Source: Halioglobus sp. (GTDB taxonomy: Bacteria; Pseudomonadota; Gammaproteobacteria; Pseudomonadales; Halieaceae). From it: a stretch of 64,000 nt of DNA. The notes under the pieces are model-generated. The model did not search any database, was not told where the DNA came from, and saw only the letters and a list, made by a program, of their open reading frames with translations. Positions 1 through 10,388 of this stretch are shown here, piece after piece. Position numbers and translations under genes: made by a program. The stretch lies in the NCBI GenBank assembly GCA_047650635.1, contig JBLHNQ010000005.1, forward strand, positions 18,942 through 82,941, in the 5' to 3' direction. Position 1 is the stretch's first letter, and every line of letters starts with the position of its first letter.

Positions 1-309
1 GAGAAAAACTGTATTATTCTGGATCCAGGGTTTGGTTTTGGTAAAACGGTGAAGCATAATCTGCAACTACTTCAGGGGCTGCCGCATTTGTCTGAACTCG
101 GTTTTCCCCTGCTGGTTGGTTTTTCGCGCAAGTCGATGATTGAGAAGTTAATTGGACGCAGCGTTGATAAGCGTTTGCCGGCATCTCTCGCCCTAGCGGT
201 ACTTGCTGTAGAGCGAGGCGCGGGGATCATTAGAACACACGATGTTGCGGCCACAGTGGATGCAGTGGCTATGGCAGTCGCTTTAGCGAATGAGGAGCAC
301 TATGAGTAA
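1..309 (+). CDS. folP: dihydropteroate synthase, C-terminal fragment (5' end outside window)
   Basis: Frame 1 is open from base 1: [37 protein letters not shown], conserved DHPS C-terminal motifs. It is followed by glmM, as in folP-glmM of other gammaproteobacteria. Confidence 0.9.
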   Translation, partial: EKNCIILDPGFGFGKTVKHNLQLLQGLPHLSELGFPLLVGFSRKSMIEKLIGRSVDKRLPASLALAVLAVERGAGIIRTHDVAATVDAVAMAVALANEEHYE

Positions 310-1651
310 GCGTTACTTTGGCACTGATGGTATTCGCGGCACCGTGGGAGAGGGGCCGATTACACCTGACTTCATGCTCAAGCTGGGTTGGGCCTGCGGT
401 AGGGTGTTTGCCCGTAATGCAAAGACAGACGGGCATTGCACTGTCATTATAGGCAAGGATACACGGGTCTCTGGCTATATGTTTGAGTCTGCGCTTGAGG
501 CGGGACTGGTCGCCGCGGGAGTGGATGTCAAATTGCTGGGCCCCATGCCCACGCCCGCAGTTGCTTTGATGACACGCAGCCATGCCGCCGAGGCCGGTAT
601 TGTGATTAGCGCCTCGCACAACCCCTTTCAAGACAATGGCATTAAGTTTTTCTCCGCCGAGGGTACCAAGCTTGACGACGATGTTGAGCACGCCATTGAA
701 GCAGAAATAGATAAGCCGCTGATCACGGTAAGCTCTGCCGACATAGGCAAGGTTTTGCGCGTGAAGGACGCGGCTGGCCGCTATATTGAATACTGCAAAT
801 CAACGGTCCCCCGAAAATTCAGCCTGCGCGGGCTGCGCATCGCGGTCGATTGTGCCCATGGCGCTACCTACCATATCGCTCCGGCGGTGTTGGGGGAGCT
901 GGGGGCTGAGGTCATTGCCATGGGTGTGGAGCCCGATGGATTTAATATTAACGAGGGAGTGGGCTCTACCGATATATCCGCACTGTCCCGTTTGGTTGTT
1001 GAGCGTAAAGCCGACGTAGGCATCGCTTATGACGGTGATGGAGACAGGGTCCTGTTCGTTGACCACAATGGTGAGATGGTCGATGGTGATGAATTGATTT
1101 ACGTTATTGCTTGCGACAGATTGCGCCGGGGTCAAAGTGATGCCGGAGTGGTAGGCACGCAGATGTCCAACCTGGGGCTGGAGCGGGCCCTGATTGATGA
1201 AGGATTGCAGTTCGTGCGGGCCCAGGTGGGTGACCGCTACGTCAAAGAACTGATGGAGAAAAACGGCTGGAGTTTGGGCGGCGAAGCTTCGGGACATATT
1301 ATCTGTTCGGATGTCACTACCACGGGCGATGGCATTGTTGCCTCATTGCAAGTGCTCGCTGCCATGCGCAGTGCCGGCATTGACTTAGCCAGTCTTCGCG
1401 GCGGAATGAAGAAATACCCGCAGACTATGCTAAACGTGCGGGTTTCAGGCAAAGTGATTTTGTCCCAGCACCCCGATCTTGAGCCGGCAGTGCAGGTGAT
1501 TGAAAAGCAAATGGGCTCGCGGGGTCGAGTGTTGCTGCGCCCTTCGGGGACGGAGCCTCTGGTGCGAGTCATGATAGAGGGTGAAGACGCTAATGAGGTT
1601 GAATCGCTGTGCAAAAATCTGGCTGCACAGGTCGAGAAGATTTTGTCCTGA
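302..1651 (+). CDS. glmM: phosphoglucosamine mutase
   Basis: GTDGIRG, phosphoserine loop [15 protein letters not shown] and GDGDR. The ORF was trimmed to the ATG at 302 ([13 protein letters not shown]). Confidence 0.95.
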   Translation: MSKRYFGTDGIRGTVGEGPITPDFMLKLGWACGRVFARNAKTDGHCTVIIGKDTRVSGYMFESALEAGLVAAGVDVKLLGPMPTPAVALMTRSHAAEAGIVISASHNPFQDNGIKFFSAEGTKLDDDVEHAIEAEIDKPLITVSSADIGKVLRVKDAAGRYIEYCKSTVPRKFSLRGLRIAVDCAHGATYHIAPAVLGELGAEVIAMGVEPDGFNINEGVGSTDISALSRLVVERKADVGIAYDGDGDRVLFVDHNGEMVDGDELIYVIACDRLRRGQSDAGVVGTQMSNLGLERALIDEGLQFVRAQVGDRYVKELMEKNGWSLGGEASGHIICSDVTTTGDGIVASLQVLAAMRSAGIDLASLRGGMKKYPQTMLNVRVSGKVILSQHPDLEPAVQVIEKQMGSRGRVLLRPSGTEPLVRVMIEGEDANEVESLCKNLAAQVEKILS

Positions 1652-1725
1652 GCCAACGCAGTATTCACCTTGTAAGTCGAGCCTATCTTGGGTAAGATTG
1701 CGGCCGTTTTCGCTGGGAGGATTCC

Positions 1726-2487
1726 ATGCGTCGATCCTTAGTTGTTGGTAACTGGAAGATGAATGGCTCTAAAGCCTTTGTCGAACAATTGATGAGCAGC
1801 ATGATGGCTGGATTGTCCAATCAGCAGGTAGATATTGCCGTTTGCCCTACGTATGTGCACATACCACAGGCCTTAACTGCCTGTGCTGGCTCTCCCATAA
1901 GCGTAGGAGCGCAGGATTGTAGTCATATGTCGTCAGGCGCCTACACCGGTGAGGTTTCAGCGCTAATTTTGCGTGATCAGGGCTGTCGGTGGGTTATATT
2001 GGGCCACTCTGAGCGGCGTCAATATCACGGCGAGCAAAACGCGCTGGTTGGCGGGAAGTTAACCGCCGCGGTAGAGTCTGGCTTGTTGCCAATACTCTGC
2101 GTAGGGGAGACACTGGAACAGCGTGAAAGCGGCGATGCAAAAGCTGTCGTTGCAAGTCAGCTTGAAGGTTCTTTGCGCGGGCAGGCTAGCCTTGCCGGGT
2201 TGGTGGTAGCATACGAGCCCATTTGGGCGATAGGTACGGGTTTAACGGCATCTCCCGAGCAAGCGCAGGAGATGCATGCTTTTATCAGGACGAGTCTGGA
2301 AAATATTCCCGGGCTTGATGCTGCTGCGACTCGCTTGCTCTACGGTGGCAGCGTGAAAGGCGCAAATGCGGGAGAGTTGTTTTCCCAAATAGATATAGAC
2401 GGAGCCCTGGTGGGCGGTGCAGCATTGGATGCCAGCGAATTTTTAGCCATTATTAATGCGGCTTGTGGGTTTTTGAATCAGAATTAA
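1726..2487 (+). CDS. tpiA: triosephosphate isomerase
   Basis: NWKMNG, ILGHSERR, AYEPIWAIGTG and YGGSV motifs; 253 aa. Confidence 0.95.
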   Translation: MRRSLVVGNWKMNGSKAFVEQLMSSMMAGLSNQQVDIAVCPTYVHIPQALTACAGSPISVGAQDCSHMSSGAYTGEVSALILRDQGCRWVILGHSERRQYHGEQNALVGGKLTAAVESGLLPILCVGETLEQRESGDAKAVVASQLEGSLRGQASLAGLVVAYEPIWAIGTGLTASPEQAQEMHAFIRTSLENIPGLDAAATRLLYGGSVKGANAGELFSQIDIDGALVGGAALDASEFLAIINAACGFLNQN

Positions 2488-2515
2488 AGGTGCCCTGTAG
2501 TAGGGCGACAGATAT

Positions 2516-2911
2516 ATGGAACAAATTGTTTTAGTAGTTCACTTGTTGGTAGCCTTGTCTATCATCGGCCTCATTATGCTGCAACAGGGTAAGGGGGCAG
2601 ATATGGGCGCCTCCTTCGGGGCAGGTGCATCACAAACCCTTCTTGGCAGTGATGGTAGTGGCAATGCCCTAACTCGCTCCACTTCATGGTTAGTGGTTAT
2701 CTTTTTTGCCACCAGTTTTGGTCTGGCTATTATCGCCAACACCAAATCAGTTGATGCGAATGACCTGAATTTGGATATTCCAGCTGCAGCGTTAGAGTCA
2801 AAAGCTTCGGCAGGCGAGTCGGAGCTCCCCGTGGTTGAGTCAGAGGTTCCAGTGCTGGAATCGGTAGCGCCAGAATTCGAAAGAACTGAACAGGATGTCC
2901 CAGAGCTTTAA
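2516..2911 (+). CDS. secG: preprotein translocase subunit SecG (with acidic C-terminal extension)
   Basis: N-terminal TM plus QQGKGADMGASFGAGASQTLLGS signature. It follows tpiA and precedes tRNA-Leu, as in E. coli secG-leuU. Confidence 0.9.
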   Translation: MEQIVLVVHLLVALSIIGLIMLQQGKGADMGASFGAGASQTLLGSDGSGNALTRSTSWLVVIFFATSFGLAIIANTKSVDANDLNLDIPAAALESKASAGESELPVVESEVPVLESVAPEFERTEQDVPEL

Positions 2912-2928
2912 GAGTAAGAAAAAAACAC

Positions 2929-3014
2929 GCCGAAGTGGTGGAATTGGTAGACACGCCATCTTGAGGGGGTGGTGAGCTATGCTCGTGCGGGTTCAAGTCC
3001 CGCCTTCGGCACCA
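2929..3014 (+). tRNA. leuU: tRNA-Leu (anticodon GAG), long variable arm, encoded CCA
   Basis: Hand-folded cloverleaf: acceptor GCCGAAG/CTTCGGC; anticodon stem CCATC/GGTGG with loop TTGAGGG (GAG); T-arm GCGGG TTCAAGT CCCGC; 86 nt. It closely resembles E. coli leuU. Confidence 0.9.
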
Positions 3015-3015
3015 T
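2999..3015 (+). repeat. direct repeat copy 1 (3' end of tRNA-Leu, cccgccttcggcaccat)
   Basis: The 17 nt are identical to 3400..3416. With one indel the match extends to aag(t)ccc upstream. Confidence 0.85.
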
Positions 3016-3399
3016 TTATAACTTTGGCCCCTGTATTCGCTGGGGCTAAGGGTTGAATTAGATAGATATATAGACGGTTTTACGACAAAGCGGAAGCCAC
3101 GGTAGCTTCATTAATATAGCCCGGGGCTACTGATTGCAGCCAAGGCTCATCGCGGCTCACCACAGTCAGTATTTCCATTTCCAATCCATCCCAGTCTGGA
3201 CGGGTTCACCCCTACGCTGTCAACTATCAACACTGGCCGTTCCGGTTACTGAATCGATGAGCTTGAGAATACCCCGACTGCTGCGGCAACTTCTGTGCTC
3301 TTAGCCCCTCTTTGGTTGCTAGGTATCATGGCGGGTTTACTGTCGCTGCTGGGTATTAGCAGGTTGCGTAAGGCTGGAGCCGTATCGTGCATATCTAAG

Positions 3400-3416
3400 C
3401 CCGCCTTCGGCACCAT
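3400..3416 (+). repeat. direct repeat copy 2 (orphan copy of the tRNA-Leu 3' end; att-like)
   Basis: cccgccttcggcaccat recurs 401 bp downstream of the tRNA copy. No other part of the tRNA is duplicated. Confidence 0.85.
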
Positions 3417-3418
3417 AC

Positions 3419-3451
3419 AAATGAGATCACTGCTTCGCGGTGATCTCATTT
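3419..3451 (+). other. perfect 12-bp stem hairpin directly after the orphan tRNA-end repeat
   Basis: aaatgagatcac-tgcttcgcg-gtgatctcattt, with no U-tract. It may be the original post-tRNA hairpin displaced by an insertion. Confidence 0.5.
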
Positions 3452-3537
3452 GGGCAAACTGGCTGTGTTATTTAGCCGGGACGTTGCGCAAAAAAGAAAT
3501 ACAGTGAAATTAAAGCGTTTTTAGACCCCTATTTAGG

Positions 3538-3566
3538 TTGACCGCAATAGGGTCGGTACCTATAAT
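3538..3566 (+). promoter_or_regulatory. sigma-70 promoter of the metY-rimP-nusA-infB operon
   Basis: TTGACC - 17 nt spacer - TATAAT, about 90 nt upstream of tRNA-fMet. Confidence 0.75.
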
Positions 3567-3653
3567 GCACAGCCTCGAATTTGGGTCGGAAAGACGAGAA
3601 CGATCCAAGGTAAAGTGCCATAAGGGGCCTTTACAGCGAGAGTAAGTTTTTGA

Positions 3654-3730
<77 letters not shown>

Positions 3731-3750
3731 ACTTTAGTGTGTTACGAAAG

Positions 3751-3772
3751 AGCCCCTTTTTAGGGGCTTTTT
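3751..3772 (+). terminator. intrinsic terminator/attenuator between metY and rimP
   Basis: Stem agcccct/aggggct with a 4-nt loop, followed by ttttt. Confidence 0.7.
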
Positions 3773-3788
3773 CGTACATGGAGATAAA

Positions 3789-4244
3789 GTGGCAGTAAAA
3801 GAACAGCAGCTGCAGGACATGTTGGAACCCTCAGTCAAAGCTATGGGCTTCGAGTTGTGGGGTATTGAATACCTGTCCCAGGGAAGGCATAGCGTGCTGT
3901 GTGTCTACATTGAGTCCGACAAGGGGATCACTGCTGACGATTGCGCTAGCGTGAGTCATCAGGTGAGCAGTGTGCTGGACGTTGAAGATACTATTAGCGG
4001 CGAGTATACGCTGGAAGTGTCCTCTCCGGGCATGGATAGATTGTTGTTTAATCTAGCGCAGTATCCCGCTTATGTAGGCGAAGAAATTGAATTACGTTTG
4101 CGTAGCCCTTTTGAAGGGCGGCGCAAATTTAAAGGTGTTTTAAAGGGTATCGAGGGCGAAGATATCGTGGTTCATGTAGACGATCACGAATATCTATTGC
4201 CCTACAGCGCAGTAGAAAAGGCGCGTATTCAATCCCGCGCTTAG
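3789..4244 (+). CDS. rimP: ribosome maturation factor RimP
   Basis: GTG start; FELWGIEY...EVSSPGMDRLL motifs; position upstream of nusA. Confidence 0.9.
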   Translation: MAVKEQQLQDMLEPSVKAMGFELWGIEYLSQGRHSVLCVYIESDKGITADDCASVSHQVSSVLDVEDTISGEYTLEVSSPGMDRLLFNLAQYPAYVGEEIELRLRSPFEGRRKFKGVLKGIEGEDIVVHVDDHEYLLPYSAVEKARIQSRA

Positions 4245-4284
4245 CGCGGGTACGTATTAGACAGGCGAATTGGCGAGGCGTGAA

Positions 4285-5778
4285 ATGACAAAGGAAATTC
4301 TGTTAGTCGCAGAGGCGGTATCGAACGAGAAAGGTGTGCCCCAGAGCATTATCTTCGAGGCGATTGAGCTGGCTTTGGCTACGGCCACTAAAAAACGGTA
4401 TGACGAAGATGCCGATATAGAAGTGACCATCGACAGGGAAACCGGTGACTATATTACTGTCCGCCGTTGGCTGGTCGTGCCCGATGACGAGATGGCACTG
4501 CTAGGCACACAATTTACGACAGAAGAAGGACTGGAAGTGAGTCCGGACTTAAAGCCGGGTGATATCCATGAAGAGACCATAGAGAATGTTGGTTTTGGTC
4601 GTATTGCTGCACAAACCGCGAAGCAGGTTATTGTGCAGCGCGTGCGCGAAGCTGAGCGCGAGCAGGTTGTAGAACAATACGTCGATCGTCTTGGTGAGCT
4701 GATTGCTGGCACTGTGAAGAAAGTAACCCGTGACAATGTCATTGTCGATTTGGGTAATAACGCCGAGGGTCTTCTGTCTCGAGACCAGCTGGTAGGACGT
4801 GAAACATTTCGAATCAATGACAGAGTGCGGGCTATTCTGCAGGCTATCTCTGAAGAGCCTCGTGGGCCACAGCTTATACTGAGCCGCTCCTGTCCAGAAA
4901 TGTTGATTGAATTGTTTAAAATTGAAGTGCCAGAAATAGCCGAGGAAGTTATACAAATTCGAGCGGCTGCTCGAGATCCCGGGTCTCGCGCAAAAATCGC
5001 CGTTAAAACAAACGACCAGCGAATCGACCCGGTAGGGGCCTGCGTTGGTATGAGGGGCTCGCGAGTTCAGGCCGTGTCCAATGAATTGGATAACGAGCGC
5101 GTGGATATTGTCCTGTGGGATGACAACCCCGCCCAATTAGTAATTAACGCCATGGCGCCGGCAGAGGTTGAGTCTATTGTTGTGGATGAAGACAACGAGA
5201 CCATGGATGTTGCCGTCTCTGAAGACAATCTGGCCCAGGCCATTGGTCGTGGTGGTCAAAACGTACGCTTGGCTGGTGAGCTGACGGGTTGGACTATCAA
5301 TGTCATGAGTACTAATGAGGCTGCAGAGAAGCACGAAGCGGAAGACGGTAAGGTTATTCAGGTGTTTATCGACGGTCTGGATATCAGCGACGAAATTGCA
5401 GAAATTCTTGTAGAGGAAGGTTTTACCACTATTGAAGAAGTCGCCTATGTGCCGCTTGAAGAGATGATGGCTATAGAAGGGTTTGACGAAGAGATTTCTG
5501 AAGAGCTGCGATCTCGGGCCAAAGATTCCCTGCTGACCCAAGCTATAGCCTCCGAGGAAGTATTGGGTGAGAACGAGCCTGCGGCCGACCTTCTGGAAAT
5601 GGAAGGAATGGACAAGCATCTGGCCTTCATTCTGTCCAGTCGCGAGATTATTACGATGGAAGATCTTGCGGAACAGGCGGTTGAAGACCTGATGGATATT
5701 CCGGATATGACAGAAGAACGTGCGGGCGAGTTAATTATGACCGCTCGAGCACCCTGGTTTGCCGAGGAAGGTGCATAG
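4285..5778 (+). CDS. nusA: transcription termination/antitermination factor NusA
   Basis: [19 protein letters not shown]-terminus aligns with E. coli NusA; S1, KH and acidic C-terminal repeats. Start moved to the ATG at 4285. Confidence 0.95.
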   Translation: MTKEILLVAEAVSNEKGVPQSIIFEAIELALATATKKRYDEDADIEVTIDRETGDYITVRRWLVVPDDEMALLGTQFTTEEGLEVSPDLKPGDIHEETIENVGFGRIAAQTAKQVIVQRVREAEREQVVEQYVDRLGELIAGTVKKVTRDNVIVDLGNNAEGLLSRDQLVGRETFRINDRVRAILQAISEEPRGPQLILSRSCPEMLIELFKIEVPEIAEEVIQIRAAARDPGSRAKIAVKTNDQRIDPVGACVGMRGSRVQAVSNELDNERVDIVLWDDNPAQLVINAMAPAEVESIVVDEDNETMDVAVSEDNLAQAIGRGGQNVRLAGELTGWTINVMSTNEAAEKHEAEDGKVIQVFIDGLDISDEIAEILVEEGFTTIEEVAYVPLEEMMAIEGFDEEISEELRSRAKDSLLTQAIASEEVLGENEPAADLLEMEGMDKHLAFILSSREIITMEDLAEQAVEDLMDIPDMTEERAGELIMTARAPWFAEEGA

Positions 5779-5833
5779 CACCTTTATTAGTAGGAACACA
5801 GGCGATCAAACAGGGTACCAAGGAGAATATTGA

Positions 5834-8545
5834 ATGGCGGAAGTGACAGTACAGCAACTCGCAGAAGTGGTGGGTGCAACTGCTGATCGTTTGTTAACGC
5901 AGATGAAAGAGGCGGGCTTGCCCCATACTGAGGCAGTCCAGGCTGTGTCCAATGAAGACAAGCAAACACTGCTCGCATTCCTCAAGCGTAGCCATGGTGA
6001 GGCCGAGGCCAGCAGTGCACCCAAGCGTATTACCTTGAAGCGCAAGACGCTCAGTACCCTTAAGACACCAAGTTCGCAGGGTAGAAAAACAGTTAACGTT
6101 GAGGTTCGCAAAAAGCGTACTTACGTCAAGCGTGATCCAGCCGAGTTATTGGCCGAAGCGAAGAGTGCAGAGGAGGCGGGCGACACAGTAGAGCTTATCG
6201 AATCGCCACTGGAAGAAGCGGCTCCATCTGAGGCTGTTGCACCGGAAACGATAGAGACTGAGGTTGTGGCTGAGGTTGAGGCAGTGCCCGAAGCTGCTCC
6301 TGTGGTGGAGGAACCCGAAGAAGTCTTTGTTGAAGAAGAAGAGCCTGATGAAGATCCAGCCAATATGGATCCTGAAGTGCTTCGCCAGCGCGCGATACGA
6401 CGCAGACTGCGCAAAGAAGACGAAGAAGCAGTAGCGAGAAAAGAGGCCGCTGAGGCGCGAGCGGCAGAAGAGGCGGCTAAAAAAGCCCAGTTAGAAGCAA
6501 AAGAGAAAGAAGCGGTCGAAAACGCCAAGCCGACAGAGAAAGTATCCAGGCCTAAGCGTCTGCATGCGACACCGGACACAGCAGATGAGCAAAAGCGCAA
6601 AACGACACGAGGACGTCTCGATCGCAACGCAGCCCCGGGGCGTGGCAAGAAGCGTCGTGGACACAATCTGTCTCTATCCGATCTGGAAACCTCCGATGGA
6701 GGGGGTGGACGCAGACGCAGTCGCAAGAAAGCAAATCGCGTTCATGAGGAACATTCAAAACACGGGTTTGAAATGCCAACAGCAAGAATAGTGCATGAAG
6801 TAGAGCTGGCTGACATGATTTCAGTGGCTGGCTTGGCACAGCAAATGTCGGTGAAAACCGGCGAAGTTATCAAGCAGCTGATGAAGCTGGGTGTAATGGC
6901 CACTATCAATCAGATGATAGACCAGGATACCGCCATCTTGTTGGTTGAGGAGCTGGGGCATGGCTATAAGCTGGTGAGTGCCGATGCCATCGAAGATAAG
7001 CTGGAAGAGACTTTGGCGCTGCATGAAGGTGCTATGGAATCGCGTGCACCTGTAGTAACAGTGATGGGGCACGTTGATCACGGTAAAACATCTTTGCTGG
7101 ATTATATCCGCAAGAGCAAGGTTGCCTCAGGCGAGGCAGGTGGTATCACCCAGCATATCGGTGCTTACCATGTAACAACCGATCACGGCATGATTACTTT
7201 TCTCGATACACCAGGGCACGCGGCATTTACATCCATGCGCGCGCGCGGAGCCAAGAGTACCGATATAGTGATTTTGGTGGTTGCGGCCGATGATGGGGTT
7301 ATGCCGCAAACGGTAGAAGCTGTTCAGCACGCCAAAGCAGCGGGAGTACCGTTGATTATTGCTGTGAACAAAATGGACAAAGAGGGCGCTGACCCCGATC
7401 GGGTGAAGAACGAGCTCGCTGCCAAAGATGTAATTCCTGAAGATTGGGGCGGCGACACACAGTTTGTCAACGTATCTGCTATCACAGGAGATGGCGTTGA
7501 TGCGTTGCTGGATGCTGTGTTGCTGCAGTCGGAGTTGCTGGAGCTGAGTGCACCCGCAGATGTGCCCGCTCAAGGTGTGGTGATTGAGTCGCGCTTGGAT
7601 AAAGGTCGAGGGTCTATCGCCTCGGTTCTTATTCAGAGAGGAACATTGCGCAAAGGTGACACGGTTTTAGCCGGCCTGCACTACGGCAAGGTTCGCGCCA
7701 TGCTGGATGAAAACGGTAAGCCTATTGATGAGGCGGGCCCGAGTATTCCTGTTGAAATTCTTGGCCTGGACGGCACTCCCGATGCAGGAGATCAATTTGC
7801 AGCCGTTGAAAACGAGAAGCGTGCGCGTGAAATCGTTGTCAACCGACAGGAAAGAAGCCGCGAAGCCAAAATGCAGAGTCAGCAAGCGGCCAAGCTAGAC
7901 AATATGTTTGAAAGCATGACGGCAGGCGAGAAGAAAACGCTTAACGTGATAGTTAAAGCTGACGTACGTGGTTCTCTCGAGGCGATTCAGTCTTCCTTGG
8001 TAGAGCTTGGGAATGACGAAGTACAGGTTAATATCGTATCAGGTGGCGTAGGTGGAATTGCTGAATCTGATGTGACACTGGCTATGACTTCCGGCGCGGT
8101 TATGTTCGGCTTTAATGTGCGGGCCGATAGCTCGGCGCGACGCCTGGTTGAAAGCGAATCGGTAGATCTGCGTTATTACAACGTGATTTACAACCTGATA
8201 GATGATGTCAAAGCCGCCTTGTCGGGAATGCTGGCACCGGAATTACGCGAAGAAATTGTAGGAATCGCGGAAGTTCGAGACGTGTTCAGCTCGCCCAAAT
8301 TTGGTCAGATTGCTGGCTGTATGGTTGTGGAAGGCACGGTTTATCGCTCTAAGCCGATCCGGGTATTGCGCGATAACGTGGTTATCTATGAGGGTGAGTT
8401 GGAATCTCTGCGTCGATTTAAAGACGATGCCAATGAAGTGCGCAATGGCACCGAGTGTGGAATTGGTGTGAAGAATTACACCGATGTGAAACCAGGTGAT
8501 TCTATCGAAGTCTATGAAGTGAAGGAGATAGCCCGCACTCTGTAA
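5834..8545 (+). CDS. infB: translation initiation factor IF-2
   Basis: [17 protein letters not shown] and NKMD G-domain motifs; charged low-complexity N-terminal region; 903 aa. Confidence 0.97.
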   Translation: MAEVTVQQLAEVVGATADRLLTQMKEAGLPHTEAVQAVSNEDKQTLLAFLKRSHGEAEASSAPKRITLKRKTLSTLKTPSSQGRKTVNVEVRKKRTYVKRDPAELLAEAKSAEEAGDTVELIESPLEEAAPSEAVAPETIETEVVAEVEAVPEAAPVVEEPEEVFVEEEEPDEDPANMDPEVLRQRAIRRRLRKEDEEAVARKEAAEARAAEEAAKKAQLEAKEKEAVENAKPTEKVSRPKRLHATPDTADEQKRKTTRGRLDRNAAPGRGKKRRGHNLSLSDLETSDGGGGRRRSRKKANRVHEEHSKHGFEMPTARIVHEVELADMISVAGLAQQMSVKTGEVIKQLMKLGVMATINQMIDQDTAILLVEELGHGYKLVSADAIEDKLEETLALHEGAMESRAPVVTVMGHVDHGKTSLLDYIRKSKVASGEAGGITQHIGAYHVTTDHGMITFLDTPGHAAFTSMRARGAKSTDIVILVVAADDGVMPQTVEAVQHAKAAGVPLIIAVNKMDKEGADPDRVKNELAAKDVIPEDWGGDTQFVNVSAITGDGVDALLDAVLLQSELLELSAPADVPAQGVVIESRLDKGRGSIASVLIQRGTLRKGDTVLAGLHYGKVRAMLDENGKPIDEAGPSIPVEILGLDGTPDAGDQFAAVENEKRAREIVVNRQERSREAKMQSQQAAKLDNMFESMTAGEKKTLNVIVKADVRGSLEAIQSSLVELGNDEVQVNIVSGGVGGIAESDVTLAMTSGAVMFGFNVRADSSARRLVESESVDLRYYNVIYNLIDDVKAALSGMLAPELREEIVGIAEVRDVFSSPKFGQIAGCMVVEGTVYRSKPIRVLRDNVVIYEGELESLRRFKDDANEVRNGTECGIGVKNYTDVKPGDSIEVYEVKEIARTL

Positions 8546-8566
8546 TCAGAGCGGGTTTTTGTTGCT

Positions 8567-8986
8567 ATGGCCAGAGAGTTTACACGCAGCCAACGAGTGT
8601 CAGACTACTTGCAACGTGAGTTGGCGTCTCTTATTCAACGCGAGATTCGCGACCCCCGTGTTGGCATGGTCAGCGTCACTGGTGTTGACGTGAGCCGGGA
8701 TATTGGCCACGCCAAAATTCACTATACGGTTTTGGGCGCAGACAACACCGAAGACGCGAAAGAGTCAACCGAGGTGCTGAATAAGGCCGCTGGTTTTTTG
8801 CGTAGTCAGCTGTCACGCGAGAGCAAAATGCGCAGCGTGCCTCAATTGCGCTTTTATTTTGACAGCAGCGTGGGGCAGGGGCGACATATGGAAGACCTTA
8901 TCCACCGTGCCGCCAAGGCTGACCGAGGGTTGGTCGACGGTGAAGCGCCTGATGTAGGTTCCGAGTCCTCCGGCGAAAGCGAATAA
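8567..8986 (+). CDS. rbfA: ribosome-binding factor A
   Basis: RSQRVSDYLQRELASLIQREIRDPR signature; position after infB. Confidence 0.9.
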   Translation: MAREFTRSQRVSDYLQRELASLIQREIRDPRVGMVSVTGVDVSRDIGHAKIHYTVLGADNTEDAKESTEVLNKAAGFLRSQLSRESKMRSVPQLRFYFDSSVGQGRHMEDLIHRAAKADRGLVDGEAPDVGSESSGESE

Positions 8987-8991
8987 CTGCA

Positions 8992-9918
8992 GTGGCTCGA
9001 CGTAAACGCGGTCGCTCGATAAACGGAATATTATTGTTGGACAAACCCCTGGGGGAGAGTTCCAATCGTTCGTTACAACGGGCTAAACGCCTATTCGACG
9101 CAGCGAAGGCCGGCCACACAGGCAGCCTTGACCCTTTAGCTACGGGTGTTTTGCCTCTATGTTTCGGCGAAGCCACCAAATTTTCCCAGTATTTGTTAGA
9201 CGCAGATAAGGCCTATAAGAGCACTTTTGTCTTGGGTGTTAGCACGCAAACAGGTGACGCTGAGGGCGCAGTGATTCAATCCTGCGACGCCAGCGCTATC
9301 AGTCAGAACGATGTGGAAACGGCCCTGGAAAGTTTTAGAGGTGAGATTGACCAGGTGCCGTCTATGTATTCGGCCATAAAGCATCAAGGTCAACCACTCT
9401 ACAAACTGGCGCGAAAAGGCCAGGAAGTTGAACGTAAGTCGCGTCAGGTTGTCATAAAACGATTGGACTTATACGAGTTCAGGACTGGAGAGCATCCCGA
9501 AGTCGATGTGTATATAGAGTGTACCAAGGGCACCTATGTGCGTTCACTGGCTGAAGATTTGGGTGCCCAGCTGGGCTGTGGCGGTCATGTTAGTGCCCTG
9601 CGGCGCACCAAAGCGGGGCCATTTGATATTGATAGTTGTATCACAATGACTGCACTGGAAGACTTACAAGCCAGCGATGACTTGCCGGCAATGGATGCAT
9701 TGTTGCTCCCGGCTGACGCTGCTATAGACACTATGCCACTGGTGAAACTTACTGAATCGGCGGGCTTTTATCTACGTCAGGGACAGCCCGTATTAGTGTC
9801 AAATGCGCCTCATAGTGGTATGGTGCGCGTCGCGCTTGATGACGGTGAGTTCTTGGGTGTAGGAGAAATATTGGATGACGGGCGAATTGCGCCCCGTCGA
9901 CTGATTGTCACCAACTGA
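8992..9918 (+). CDS. truB: tRNA pseudouridine-55 synthase
   Basis: GILLLDKPLGESSN and GHTGSLDPLATGVLPLCFGEATK (catalytic Asp motif). Confidence 0.95.
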   Translation: MARRKRGRSINGILLLDKPLGESSNRSLQRAKRLFDAAKAGHTGSLDPLATGVLPLCFGEATKFSQYLLDADKAYKSTFVLGVSTQTGDAEGAVIQSCDASAISQNDVETALESFRGEIDQVPSMYSAIKHQGQPLYKLARKGQEVERKSRQVVIKRLDLYEFRTGEHPEVDVYIECTKGTYVRSLAEDLGAQLGCGGHVSALRRTKAGPFDIDSCITMTALEDLQASDDLPAMDALLLPADAAIDTMPLVKLTESAGFYLRQGQPVLVSNAPHSGMVRVALDDGEFLGVGEILDDGRIAPRRLIVTN

Positions 9919-9955
9919 TTGTCACTTATTGTCAGTCAATAAAAGGTGACATGAA

Positions 9956-9991
9956 CCTGTCTGTAAATCTGCACGGACAGGCTCTTTTTTT
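9956..9991 (+). terminator. intrinsic terminator after truB
   Basis: cctgtc...gacagg stem followed by ctcttttttt. Confidence 0.7.
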
Positions 9992-10041
9992 AACGAAGGG
10001 CGAAAATCGCCTGAGGCAGATTTAACTAAAGGAAAATTATC

Positions 10042-10311
10042 ATGGCACTAAATGCACAAACCAAATCAGAAATCGTAAAAGATTATCAAACCGCTGAAGG
10101 CGACACCGGTTCCCCGGAAGTACAGGTAGCACTACTGAGTGCAAATATTCAGGAGCTACAGGGGCACTTTAAGGAGCATAAGCACGATCACCACTCCCGC
10201 CGCGGTCTTATCCGCATGGTAAACCAGCGACGTAAACTGCTGGACTACCTGAAGCGCAAAAATGTAGAGCGCTACACAAACCTGATTAAACGTCTGGGTC
10301 TGCGTCGATAA
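10042..10311 (+). CDS. rpsO: 30S ribosomal protein S15
   Basis: 89 aa; [29 protein letters not shown] signature. Confidence 0.97.
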   Translation: MALNAQTKSEIVKDYQTAEGDTGSPEVQVALLSANIQELQGHFKEHKHDHHSRRGLIRMVNQRRKLLDYLKRKNVERYTNLIKRLGLRR

Positions 10312-10330
10312 GCGACATCAATGATTTCGG

Positions 10331-10356
10331 GGCCTGGTCTATAAAGTGATCAGGTC
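10331..10356 (+). promoter_or_regulatory. hairpin in the rpsO-pnp spacer (candidate rpsO terminator / pnp-leader processing hairpin)
   Basis: 9-bp stem ggcctggtc/gatcaggtc (2 G-U pairs) with an 8-nt loop. By analogy, the E. coli pnp leader has an RNase III-cleaved hairpin. Confidence 0.4.
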
Positions 10357-10388
10357 TCGTTATATCTAAAAAGAATTGGAGAATAAAT

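Noticed and set aside
3246-3507. 67-aa (-) and 70-aa (+) ORFs within or overlapping the tRNA-Leu repeat-flanked segment
   Set aside because: They overlap each other, run through the att-like repeat and the hairpin, have no RBS and match no recognisable family.
6121-6726. 201-aa antisense ORF and apparent repeats in the 5' part of infB
   Set aside because: This is a low-complexity Ala/Ser/Arg translation opposite the charged Glu/Lys/Ala-rich IF-2 N-terminal region, a typical shadow ORF rather than a repeat element.
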